Shown in pieces: positions 23,201-34,060 of a stretch of 64,000 nucleotides of DNA. Location: positions 11,532,001 through 11,596,000 of the forward strand of contig NW_024704759.1 of NCBI RefSeq assembly GCF_018977255.1. Reading direction: 5' to 3'. The notes beneath the pieces are model-generated. The model searched no databases. It was not told the DNA's origin and saw only the letters and a program-made list of their open reading frames with translations. Origin of the DNA: Callorhinchus milii. Its lineage: Eukaryota. Within the stretch, counting starts at the first letter, position 1. Each line of letters opens with the position of its first letter. The translations under genes were made by a program, and so were the position numbers.

Positions 23201-26200
23201 ATGTTTTCTTTATGTGTTCATTTTTATTTGATGTTCCCAAATAAAGGTTTATGTTTTTATCTGTTTGAATATATTTGTATGTAAGCACCGTGACCCCATC
23301 AGCCTCGCCCGGCTCCACTGGGCACACCCCATCCCTCAGAGGATAGAATTCAAAATCGCTTTCAAGGCCCTCCATGGCCTTGCCCCCTCCTACCTCTCTG
23401 ATCTGCTAACCCCCAACCAACCTGCCCGCTCCCTCCGTTCAGCGGGCTCCAGCCTGCTCCATGTCTCACTCCCGACCTGCCCTACCATCGGCTGCCGGGC
23501 TTTCAGCCTCTCTGCCCCCACACTCTGGAACTCCATTCCGCAATCCCTTTACCTTGAGCCCTCCCTTACCTCCTTCAAAGCATGACTCAGGACCTTCCTT
23601 TTCGACCGACCTTCAGCCGCCGTCCTACCTCTCTGCTCTCCCTCATCCCAAACCTGCCTACACCCCTGCACCCCACCTGCTCGGGTCCTGATCCCTGACT
23701 GTTCAGCGCCTTGGGACATCTGCTTGATGTGAAAGGCACTTTACAGATGTAATTTTGTTGTCGTCATCGTAAATACAATTTGTTGTTTTCAAGGGTCCTG
23801 ACGGTAGACTCTGTTGCTTCTAAATGGTCAGTTTCACACCCAGTATAGTTGCTGTGGAAAAGACAAAATGGTATGGCTGTATTTTGCTTTCAGAGTGGTC
23901 AAAGGAAGTTGTGGAACTTTGTAAAAAATATCGCAGTGAGGGAGTTGTCGGTATTGACTTGGCGGGGGATGAATCTTTAAACACCAAAGCCTATTCTGGA
24001 CACCAAGAGGCCTATAAGGTGGGTACTGACTTGTAATCAGATGAATTTAGGTACAAGTAAACTACAGAGGGACTAAATTCACAATTAGATTTGGTTTTAT
24101 AATAAGAAATGTTACGAAACTCAGTGATAGTTGTTATCAATACATTGCATGGCAACAGCCTTTATTGCAGCACATTCACAAGAAGAAGTGGTGGAACAGA
24201 AATTTGTACTTTCGGATTTCACCAGTGTGCCTGATAACACTTTATCTGAGCTGCAAACAGAAATTCCTTAGTGTAGACGTAATACAGTTTCACACCCAAT
24301 ATGGACACAAAGTGCAATAAGTAACACATAGATTAGTCTATCTTTACTGCTCAGTCAGATAGTTCAGTACATCACTCCCATTGTAAAAGCTCGTAAGGCG
24401 TACCTTTTTTGCAATAATTAATAATCATTAGTGCACTATCACACTATTACTTCCCGATCTGTACTTATTGAACCTGGAAAAGTAATAAATCCCTCAATAT
24501 AAAAAAATTGATCAAAACAAGCTATAATAGTTCATAGTACAATCAGGTTAAAACTACTGGAATTTTCAATGTGTCATTGATATCTTTTCTGATTACGGCT
24601 CACAACATTAACTCCAGCAGCTGAGCTGTAAACCAATACTGTGATATTTAAACTAAGCTTTGCTTTCCACTCTCCCACTATGCAAACCCACATCCGATAG
24701 CATCAAAACCAAACATAAATACCAAAGTACTTGATATTTTATTGTAAAATGCAATAACAATAATCCTTGCATTTGATATAGTGCCATATCATGTCATTGA
24801 GAAGTCTAGAAGCGCTTCACAGCATAATGCTATAAAGCAGATTGACTGTATTCGCCCACAAAATATAGTCAACTCTCTTTACAGTGTATTCTGTGAAGCA
24901 CTTTGAGACGTCTCAAAGACATGATAAGGCGCTATATTAAATGCAAGGATTATTATTATAGTTTATGGGCAAAACGCAGCAGCCAATTGCGTACAGAAGG
25001 ATTTCATGAACCGTCGTGGATTGAGTGATCAAATTATTATATTTTATTTTTATTTAAACGTGGTGATTGAATGTGTAGACTAATGTCCTTCTCGGTGCCC
25101 TCCAGACATTCTGTGTTGCAGTTTATAAGACAACAATATTTTGTTGCTAGAATTCACATTGAAGATTCTATAGAGATTGGCTTCAGTAAAGAACACAGCC
25201 TTTCTGAAGAAGAACAATTAGTTGTGTTCTGGCTCTTAAGGATGACTGCTGTTGTGGACATTAATATTCCTGTTAACTTTTACCTTGTCAGGAAGCTTTC
25301 AACAGCGGCATTCATCGGACTGTACATGCAGGTGAAGTGGGGCCACCTTCAGTTGTCAGAGAGGTAAGACTGAACAGACAACAGATAACGTTGGACATGT
25401 TATATCAAATTGAATATGTTGAATATGTTATACAGATAACAAATGTACAACAAAATTTCATTTGTACAACGCCTTTTATGTTGGGAGGATGTCCCAAGGC
25501 GCTGGACAACCAGTGTTTCAGCCCCGAACTGGAAGTCGGAATCGGGGATGGCGGAGGGCACGGGGGAAGGAGGGTGATCGAAGGCACGGTCAAAGAAGAA
25601 GGTCTTGAGACAGGTCTTGAAGGAGGCAAGGGAGGGGGCGAGGCGGAGGGGCTGCAGGAAAGAATTCCAGAGGATGGGGGCGGAGCGGCTGAAGACCCAC
25701 CCGCCAACGGTGGGGCGGGCGAGTTGGGGGACATGAAGTAGGCTGGAGCCCACTGAGCAGAGGGAACAGGCAGGTTGTTAGGGGTTTAGGAGGTCACAGA
25801 GGTAGGGGGGCGCCAGGCCATGGAGGGCTTTGAAGGCGAGGACCAGCATCTTGAATTGTATCCTCTATGTGATTGGAAGCCAGTGGTGTCAGGTGAGAAT
25901 GGGGGTGATAGGGTCACGGAGTCTGGTGCGTGAGAGGACACGGGCTGTGGAGTTCTGGAATGATCAGCAGCTGATGGAGACCATGTATTACATGTATTAT
26001 TTTAACCAGTATGTTATGAACTTTTATTTCCCCCCAAGAACGTAATATTTTATGGTGATAGTAGAGCGCAGAACTCTTGTGAGGAAAGTTCTGATAATAA
26101 TGCGTAACCTCAAATTCAGCTAGCGTTTATAAGAAAACTTATAAAGATTTTTATAGGTCGCAAGGGGTACCCTTGTGGTGGCAGAAGGCAGGACAGGCAA

Positions 26201-28125
26201 AGAAAAGTCAAGATGAGGTGGGTATCTCTTTTGATTTACACAAAGTGGTACTGAAAGCAGTTAAAACAGACTATGCTCTATTCTACACAATCCCATTGGC
26301 TTGTCTGAAAGGTTGGAGCATTGAAGTTGCAATGCAGCGAACGAGGACGAAACATTATTTTTTTTAAAAAAAAGGGAAATGTATGATTCACTCGGTGAAC
26401 TTTATCTTCATGTCAAAATATTCCAATCAAATAAATTGCCAAAAATGTTGGATCATTGGAAATTTTCTCAAATTGTTACTGAACATTTATTTACAAAGAT
26501 GGTACAACCTTTTAAAATCTTTGTAAATTTACTTTCAGGCAGTAGAGGTCTTGAAGGCTGAGAGGATTGGACACGGCTATCATACAATTGAAGAACCTGC
26601 TCTCTATCAACAGCTATTGAAGAATGATATGCATTTTGAGGTATGTACTGGACCCGTAGAGAAGGAAAAAAAAACTAGAAGCTTAATTCTTTAGCATTCG
26701 AACACCAAGAGGTTTTGTGTGATTGCGAAAGAACCACTTAAGAAATATTTTTTTTTTTTATTCTGTAGGTGTGTCCTTTATCCAGCTACCTTACAGGAGC
26801 CTGTGATTCAGATTTTACCAAACATCCCCTCATCAGGCAAGTCTAAATTCTACATGTGCTCAGGTTAATAGATACATAATTGTCTTAAGAGCTAGTAGAG
26901 GCTTCATGAATGGCAAAATATTATTGAAATTGGTCAATTCATGCTGAAATTAGGTTGCGCTGGTGAAAACTAGCTAAGCGCTCCGAAATGCTGCCCTGCG
27001 TGAAGGGCACCACATAAATGCAGGTTGTTGCTTTTGTTTTGAAGTTTCTGCTAAATCAGCTTTTCGTCCTACTTAGAACGAAGGAAGCTAGCAAAGTCCC
27101 AACAATGTTAAATTTGTTGATTCAATCAAAAAAAATTAGAAGGCTAAATGCTGCTCGAAGATCACAAAGAAACTGGATAAAATCCACGATCATTACCTTC
27201 ATTGAGTAGGTTAAGGCAATATACAAGGCAGATAGGAGAAACAAGACTGACGCTGGGCAGATCTGTAGAGATTTAAACCAAGGCAGGTTTATTAAAGTCA
27301 CAGATTGTGTTGCCTTCAGCTTTCCTAAATATACAGGTGCCAGACACACATCCTAACTTTTAAAATATTGACATTTATATCTCCACAGGTTCAGAAAAGA
27401 CAAAGCGAACTATTCTCTGAATACTGATGATCCACTGATATTTAAATCCACGATTGACAAAGATTATCAGATTGCATCAAAATACATGGATTTCACCGAC
27501 GAGGAATTCAAGAGAGTGGCAAGTTTCAGAACCTTATTTTTGAATTGAAAATTAATGTTATTTGATACGCTCCATTCCTTTTTGTCTGATGTAGAAAAAA
27601 AAATTCAAATAGCGAGAAGTCAAATAAAATTTCTAGAAAATGAATAAAAGACCCTTGGAAATGGAACCACAGTGAAATTTCCATTTGTGTTAATGGACCC
27701 ACAGGATTAGATTCTGGTCACCATCCCATGCATTGACTTTGACCATGATCAGTTATAATGAGGGGGAAAATCCCATTAGAGGCCACCATTATTAATGTCA
27801 CTACATGTAACTACAGTCTCACTAGAGCGACCAGAATTAAACAGTTCTGGTATACTGCTTGCCTTTCTAGCAACAATGTGCGTAGGCTTGAAATCTTTCT
27901 CAAAAGAAAAATCTTGTTAAGAAATGCATTCACTGAATTTGCTCTGAAGTATTTGAATTGAAATTGTTGCTGATGTCATTTTTATTCATTGACCTGCAGA
28001 ACATTAATGCAGCCAAGTCCAGCTTCCTCCCTGAGAACGAGAAGAAGGAACTTCTGAAGAAGTTGTACGATGCGTATGGAATGATAGAGCAGCAAGATCT
28101 AAAATTCGACAGATTAAAAATATGA
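11129..28125 (+). CDS. ADA: Adenosine deaminase, 11 coding exons, ~371 aa
   Basis: Exons: 11129-11176 ([16 protein letters not shown]), 16671-16732 (VELHIHLDG), 21104-21226, 22032-22175 (RYSPHLLAN), 23082-23197 ([10 protein letters not shown]), 23894-24018 (GIDLAGDE), 25292-25363 (HRTVHAGE), 26539-26640 (ERIGHG), 26769-26836, 27389-27518 (NYSLNTDDP), 28000-28125 ([11 protein letters not shown]...TGA). Phases are compatible, total 1116 nt. Zinc-binding and catalytic motifs HxHxDG, HAGE, GHG and NTDD are intact. Introns 9 and 10 are GC-AG. Confidence 0.97.
11374..11683 (-). mobile_element. tRNA-headed Deu-domain SINE, near full length
   Basis: The minus strand begins GGAGTCCTGTAGCTCAGTGGTT (A box) with a B-box-like GGGTTTGATTCCC, then the central core and an L2-like tail. 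Confidence 0.85.
12400..13030. mobile_element. Cluster of three SINE pieces: (+) head 12400-12503, (-) full copy 12518-12833, (+) 3' half 12882-13030
   Basis: (+) TGTAGCTTAGTGGTTAGAGC...GGTTCGATTCC; (-) copy ending AGCTACAGGACTC; (+) ACTGTTTGTGGGACGCTGCTG...AAATGCAAGGATTA. Confidence 0.85.
15340..15665 (+). mobile_element. Degenerate CR1-type LINE 3' fragment
   Basis: GAAATGAGCTATGAGCAATGATTAGACAAGTTAGG...GATGGGCTAAAGG resembles the CR1 ORF2 end and 3' tail; recognised by eye. Confidence 0.5.
23288..23765 (+). mobile_element. L2-clade LINE 3' fragment (ORF2 C-terminus plus tail) in ADA intron 5
   Basis: Translation LHW...[24 protein letters not shown]...RSLRS...[15 protein letters not shown] is typical of L2 ORF2. 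Tail: CAGCGCCTTGGGAC...GTGAAAGGCAC...TTGTTG. Confidence 0.9.
24755..25040. mobile_element. Deu-SINE fragments arranged as an inverted repeat in ADA intron 6
   Basis: (-) tail 24761-24852 directly abuts a (+) tail 24853-24958, followed by the (-) core 24962-25032. Confidence 0.8.
25447..25960 (-). mobile_element. L2-clade LINE 3' fragment in ADA intron 7
   Basis: Minus-strand translation GSSLLHVP...[11 protein letters not shown]...[18 protein letters not shown]; same family as 23288-23765. Confidence 0.9.
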
Positions 28126-28643
28126 AGCGGTTGACTGATTTTGGGATTCAAAATGGAAATTACTCAATATGATAATTAATTGGAACTCATTCACTTTTTT
28201 CTGATTGCTCCATAATAAAACTTGCGGTGATTTTGCAGTATTTTATTACAATATTTTAAATGCATTGCTTATTCTGTATTGATGTCCATGTTAAACCTCA
28301 GATTCAAACTGGGCTTTGTATCCCTCCAATCATAGTGTAAATTACATCTTATCATGTGTGCATGTCAACCTGTTGAAGAAGTCAGTTATTTCATTACAAA
28401 CATCCCACACAATCATTTTTTTGTCCAATTCAGGTTAATTTTCACCTTGACCCTTGTAATGAAGTCCCACAGTACACTCGTCAGTTTAGATGAAACAATT
28501 TGTACAGGTTGTGTTGAATATAAAATGTTCCATATACCTCACACATTTTAAGTACAAACAACCACTTGTAATCCCTTGTCCAATGGAGTATGCTCATGTT
28601 TGTTTAAGTGTAGATTTTTCCTTTAATGAAGAAAACAGGGAGC

Positions 28644-28681
28644 AATAAAAGATTTTTGCATTGAGATTCAAGTAGTTTATT
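28644..28681. terminator. Convergent poly(A) signals of ADA (+) and PKIG (-)
   Basis: AATAAA at 28644-28649 on + and TTTATT at 28676-28681 (AATAAA on -). Confidence 0.5.
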
Positions 28682-29407
28682 GATTTTCATACAAGGTTAA
28701 AGGTTCCCTCCCCACCCATCTTTTCAGCATGTTGAAATACAATCTTTCAGTGAAAACACAACTTCGAAAGCTATATTTATTTTCTTTACAATTTCTACCT
28801 ATTACCTGGCACCAACTTATACTGTATCAAAATCAGTAAACACTCAAAAGGCACATGCTTCAAATTAGAGTAAAATATTTACGGGGTAATAAAAATCTGA
28901 ACTGCACAAGAGATTTGACATGAATTACCTCGTCAAATCGGTTATGAAATATTTACCTTTTCACCCCCTTATATATGAAAACAATGAATCATGTTTCTCA
29001 AGAGATTTTAGTGCATGTATGGGGTGGAATTATGAAGCTATTTTGGTCCACTCTCTGCAGCAGGATGGCTAGAATCCATTTGTAGTGCAACAAAGATCAA
29101 GAATCAAAGTGTTACTGTACTAGACACATGTAATTCATTTTCTGGTCAGACCAGATACTTGTCATCAGGTTCCTTGGCTACTCTTATCAGGTAGTGTCAA
29201 TATATTTTGTAGTGTTAGCGACAAACACAAAAAAGTCGATTGGTGCAGATTAACACGAGAATGTTCTTTGCCCCTGGGCAAAGTTGCTTGTGGGTTCCAT
29301 GGTTCTTTAACAATGCCAGGAGTAGCTGAATGCACTGAAGAGGTGTTCATTGTGCTCTCGGTATCAAAACTCACAGTTTCTTATGTTTAAAATGGAAGTC
29401 CAAGCAT

Positions 29408-30799
29408 TCACGAAGAGGAGCTCCTGTTGTCTTCACTCGGACTCTCTGTTTGATTAGTAGACACCTGAGTTTCTGTTCCACCACTTGTTTCTCCTATCGG
29501 TAAAAATGTAATTTTTTTTAAAAAACACCATTATAAAAAATTGTCTGCCGGGTTTCGCCCACAAAGTATACACAGTCAATCCATTTTACAATATATTTGG
29601 TGAAGAGCTTTGAGATGGTTCAATGACATGGCAAGTCGTTATATCAAATCCAATAATTATTATTAATGCAAATACTTAATTTTATTATTCTGTCATTACA
29701 AGATTAATATTTCATTTGTTGTACTTGGTATCTAATAACATGGGATGGCCTGCAAGTGCACTAGAAGGAACGGTAGCCAATTCAGCACAAAATACTTTGG
29801 CTGCAATGGATATCGGTTTGATTCTTTTTGGTGCTTTTCATACATCAGAAAGATTGGGTTGGCAGGAAAATGAAGCTTAAGAATGTGAGCTGATGATTTG
29901 TATGGCAGGAGAAATACCAAATCTCCCTATAGTGTTGTGTGCCAACATTCCAGTGTATACAAGATGGAATTTGTGGTCACATTTCGACATATAGAATACC
30001 AATAAAGGCAATAGTTGTGCACTGCATTCAATTTAAAATAAGTTCAATAATAAACAACAGTTTACACAGTTTGGGGCTGTAGCCAAAGGGAGAAACATTC
30101 AAGGAGGCAATCTTGTATTGAATAGGTTCCAGAAACACCAGAAAAGGCAAATAGAAAAGACAGAGCTTACTACAATTTCCGAAGGATCCTCCTGAAATGT
30201 CATTATAGTCAACTGGGGAACTCAGCCCAACACAAAGGGTGTTGAAAAATAGGCTTGTTCAGGGTTCAGTGAAGATAAAAGGTGCGAATAAGAAACTTCA
30301 GCTTATATTATGGTGCTCAATTGGATTTATAGACAATCTTATCCCAGGGCTCTGCCAACATATCTCTTCAGGCTACCAAGCTGCAGTTTCCCCCCCCCCC
30401 CAATTTTTCCTTCTCCAGGACAGGCAATTACCATAGCGAAGCGGCTCAGATTGAAGGAACTTAAACCCATGCCCTTCATTCTATGGCGCCACATACTGGT
30501 GCACCAACATACTTATTGTTGTGCCCGTTCCTTGCATACAAGTTCTCCTACAAGGACTCCTAGAAATGTATTGCCACACTCCAAATCCGAACACACACAG
30601 CAAACACACTTTGCATTCGCAGAGGTCTAAGTTAGAGATAAATTGACAAACCTGTTTTAACCTCAAGGCCTTCCATGCTCGTGGTTAATTCACCTGTATC
30701 CACATTTGCAGTCGAGTCCATAATGTCTGGCAAGGCATTCCTGCGCCCTGTCCTTCCCGACGAAACAAAGTCCGTGTATGAACTTTCTACATCCGTCAT
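29408..30799 (-). CDS. PKIG: cAMP-dependent protein kinase inhibitor gamma, 2 coding exons, ~77 aa
   Basis: Exon 30799-30652 encodes MTDVESSYTDFVSSGRTGRRNALPDI...LTTSMEGLEVKT (RRNA pseudosubstrate and an NES-like motif). Exon 29493-29408 encodes an acidic/Ser tail ending SSSS-stop. The intron is phase-1 GT-AG. The gamma paralogue is assigned from its position between ADA and SERINC3. Confidence 0.9.
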
Positions 30800-33700
30800 T
30801 TCACATACATTTCCATATATCAGCACCTGCAATTGAACGAAGAGGGATAATGTCCCCGATGATAAGCGACTGATGCAGAACATTTGTTCATTGTAATGGT
30901 TGGAATAGTACAAGTCGGATCAGTGGCTGGTGTCCCAAACTTTCTTCGGCTCGCAGGCTTCCTGATGGGGGCTTCAGCTGAGATTTTGAAATGAGAGTCA
31001 AATCATTTTCCGGATCCCACCAAGATATCTGATTGGCATTTGTAAATGACAATCCTAGGTTTTTTTTGCCTCTGAAGATCTAAAAGACATTGCCATCATG
31101 AATGATCTGGATACAATTCACCATTAAGGCAGCAGCTGATCTGTGTTATAAACGTCACTGACTCCCCCACCCCTCGCTCCCACCACCCCCAATCTTGATG
31201 TGTTTACAGCTTAGCAGTGTGCTTTCTAGGATGATTGTTGGATTCTCCTTAACATTCCATACGTTTCTCTCCAGTTCGATAATAAGCTGTTCCCAGACCT
31301 CATGCTCCTTTACAGCTGCTCTTAATGCAATACCAGTCAATCAGAGTGCTGTGTGATTACAGCGACTTTCCTCCTATGACTTGTCAGAAAGTGCGGCCTG
31401 AGTCACAGGCAGCTCGGGGGAGTGGGCGTACATTAGTATCAATACAGCAGCATTAACACTAATGTGCTGCAAGGGCTGAAATGCTTTTAAACACAGATCG
31501 ATTTACGCTAATGGAGAAGGAAGGGTAGCAGATCTCTCGGCCCCAAAAAGCCTACTTTGGTTCAATTTTCTCGTGGGAAAGTTAATTGCTATCTGGGAGC
31601 TCAGCCTTAGTTCAAGACGTTATTGAGAATTATACAGTACTCATGCCCACATCGTTTACACATCACTGCCAAAGTCTGCTGAACTTGTTTTTCTTAAGGC
31701 AGCTTGAATGGTTATTTTTGCTATAGTGCTTTCTACATTGAAGAACTGCAGCCAGCAGGGTGCAGATTAATTTATTCTGCATTACACAAAGATATTCAGA
31801 TTCAGAGCATTTTATGTAATGCTGCATTTTCTGTAACAGTCTTTTTGATCACAGTACTGAGCAATAAAGACAAGGTTATTCCTACAGGTCTACAAGAAAG
31901 TAATGTGCACGATACACAGAATTCCCTATAATCTGTGCAAATTCACAATATGTAGCACGCAGCCTAAAACAGGACATAATTGCTGGTATTATGTACTGTT
32001 TATATAATGATGATTGCTGCAAGGTAAAGATGTCTAAGACCATTTCCTACATATAAGACCATCTTAGGTTGAAGCAGTAATATACATCCATCACCATCTG
32101 CTTCCCCAAATCCAAAGCAAATCATTTGAATAATGCAAGAATGAAGAGGGATTCTGACCATTTTCAGGTTCATTTGTAAAAGCAATGCTTTCGGAATTAC
32201 AATTCACTTCCAGCAGATCCAAATTCTCCTCTCAGACAAAAGGTGCATTTTTAGCATCAAAAGTTTTATCCGATGCATTTCATCTAGAAGATTCAGTCGA
32301 GACAGTTCTCAACAGTTTCTGTTGCACGAACAAATACTGAACACTTAAATGCAGTCTGTTTGCACAGCAAGTCTGGACTTCAGAAAATTTCCCTCTCATT
32401 GATGGGTATCAGATCGGTTTGGGATTCATGCCGGGTGCAACACGCACTCCTAGTTCAACAGCATTCTAGGGGTGCTGTCATTTCCTCTCCAGTACAGTTC
32501 TTGAGCCAGGAGGGAATGCAGTACTCCAGTGCACTGCTGATGACAGCATATCCAGCCTGGCTCATCGGCAGGACTTGAAAGGGCAGACCAGTCACTGGGG
32601 GCAGGAAATCCTCCCACTCAGTTCCTGTTAACCCTGCAAACCAAAGCCCTAACAATGGTCCTACCTGGACAAGCAGCGAGAAAGTTTGCTGGACAGTACT
32701 ATCAACGTTTTGCCCACAGAATCTAGTCAATTCACTTTACAGTATATTCTGTGACGCGCTTTGAGGCGTCTCGAAAACGTGATAAGGCACGATATCAAAT
32801 GCAAGGATTATTATTATTTATTACTATCAATGGCATACTGTGTCGTTTTAGCTAATTGAACTCGCTAATACCTCAACACACACTCTGAGGCCCGCTCACA
32901 AGCCTTGGCTCCTGAGCAATTATAGGTTTCATCTTTAGAATAGAACACAAAGCTAATTTTTCTCCATGACTCGCACATTGAACTTTTGTTGGCATTTATC
33001 ACAATCTGCTATTGGTGGCATTTCCTGTGGATGGCACTGTAGGTCACAAAAAGCTATTGTTAACTCACTCACACATCAAGGAGGAACAGTTTCCACAGCT
33101 GAACTGCAATCCCTACCAAGTAACATGCTGCAAAAGTAAAATTGTAAAATAGATGCCAGGTTGCATTTTTGATAAATATTTCCTTGTTATTCAGGGGTGA
33201 GAGTGCTACCATCATGAAGCGGCTCCATTATAAATAAGATTTTGGTCATGTTTATTCAGCACATTATGGAATTACCACACATTAAAACCCATTTGAAGTT
33301 CAATTGGATAACCTGTTTCACAACTCTCATCCAGCCATCAGGGAAATAAGGGTTCCATTAATGTACCAACTTCCTTAAATCAATACGATTGCATTTTTAT
33401 TGTACTCTAAGGGAACTCCATAAAACAACAGATTCAACAAGGCTAATGGGCCCGAAGAATAAAGCAAATAGGATGCAGAAATAGGGAAATGCTAATGTGA
33501 CAAGCGACATCAACACATGCAACACAAAAAAGCAAAAATTCAAAAGAATACACATGCACAGGGAGAAGATGATGCTGATAAAAAGGATCACTGGGCGGAG
33601 GTTTTGTGCAGTTTTGGTTCTGCCTGCCAAAAGTCCTTTCAGCTACCTTGAAAACGACAACACCACAACAGCAGGAACCACATAATGCACAGTTCGGTCA

Positions 33701-33934
33701 ATGTTGTAACATGATCTGGAGTTCAGTTTATTGTTGTGCCCAAATTTTTGCTGACGGCCCTATAGCAAATGCAGGGATTATTATTGCTAGTTCTACAATC
33801 CTATTAAAATGAGAATGAATCAACTTTATCCAATATATAACAGTCATACTGAGAGAGTCCATTCAGTCAACAGCCAAGCTCAGGGCACCCAATTGTTTGG
33901 GTGTTTACTTCCAGACTAGATTTAACATTTTTAT

Positions 33935-34060
33935 AATAATAATCCTTGCATTTGATGTAGCGCTTTTCACATCTTCTGGACGTCTCAAAGCGCTTCACAG
34001 AATATACTGTAAAGTGAATTGACTGTATATTTGTGGGCGAAACGCAGCAGCCAATTGCGT
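33935..34060 (-). mobile_element. Deu-domain SINE, 3' fragment
   Basis: TAATAATCCTTGCATTTGATGTAGCGCTTTTCAC...GCAGCCAATTGCG. Confidence 0.8.

Noticed and set aside
23265-23585. 106-aa ORF as a host gene or active reverse transcriptase
   Set aside because: A 5'-truncated, decayed L2 ORF2 remnant without the RT domain.
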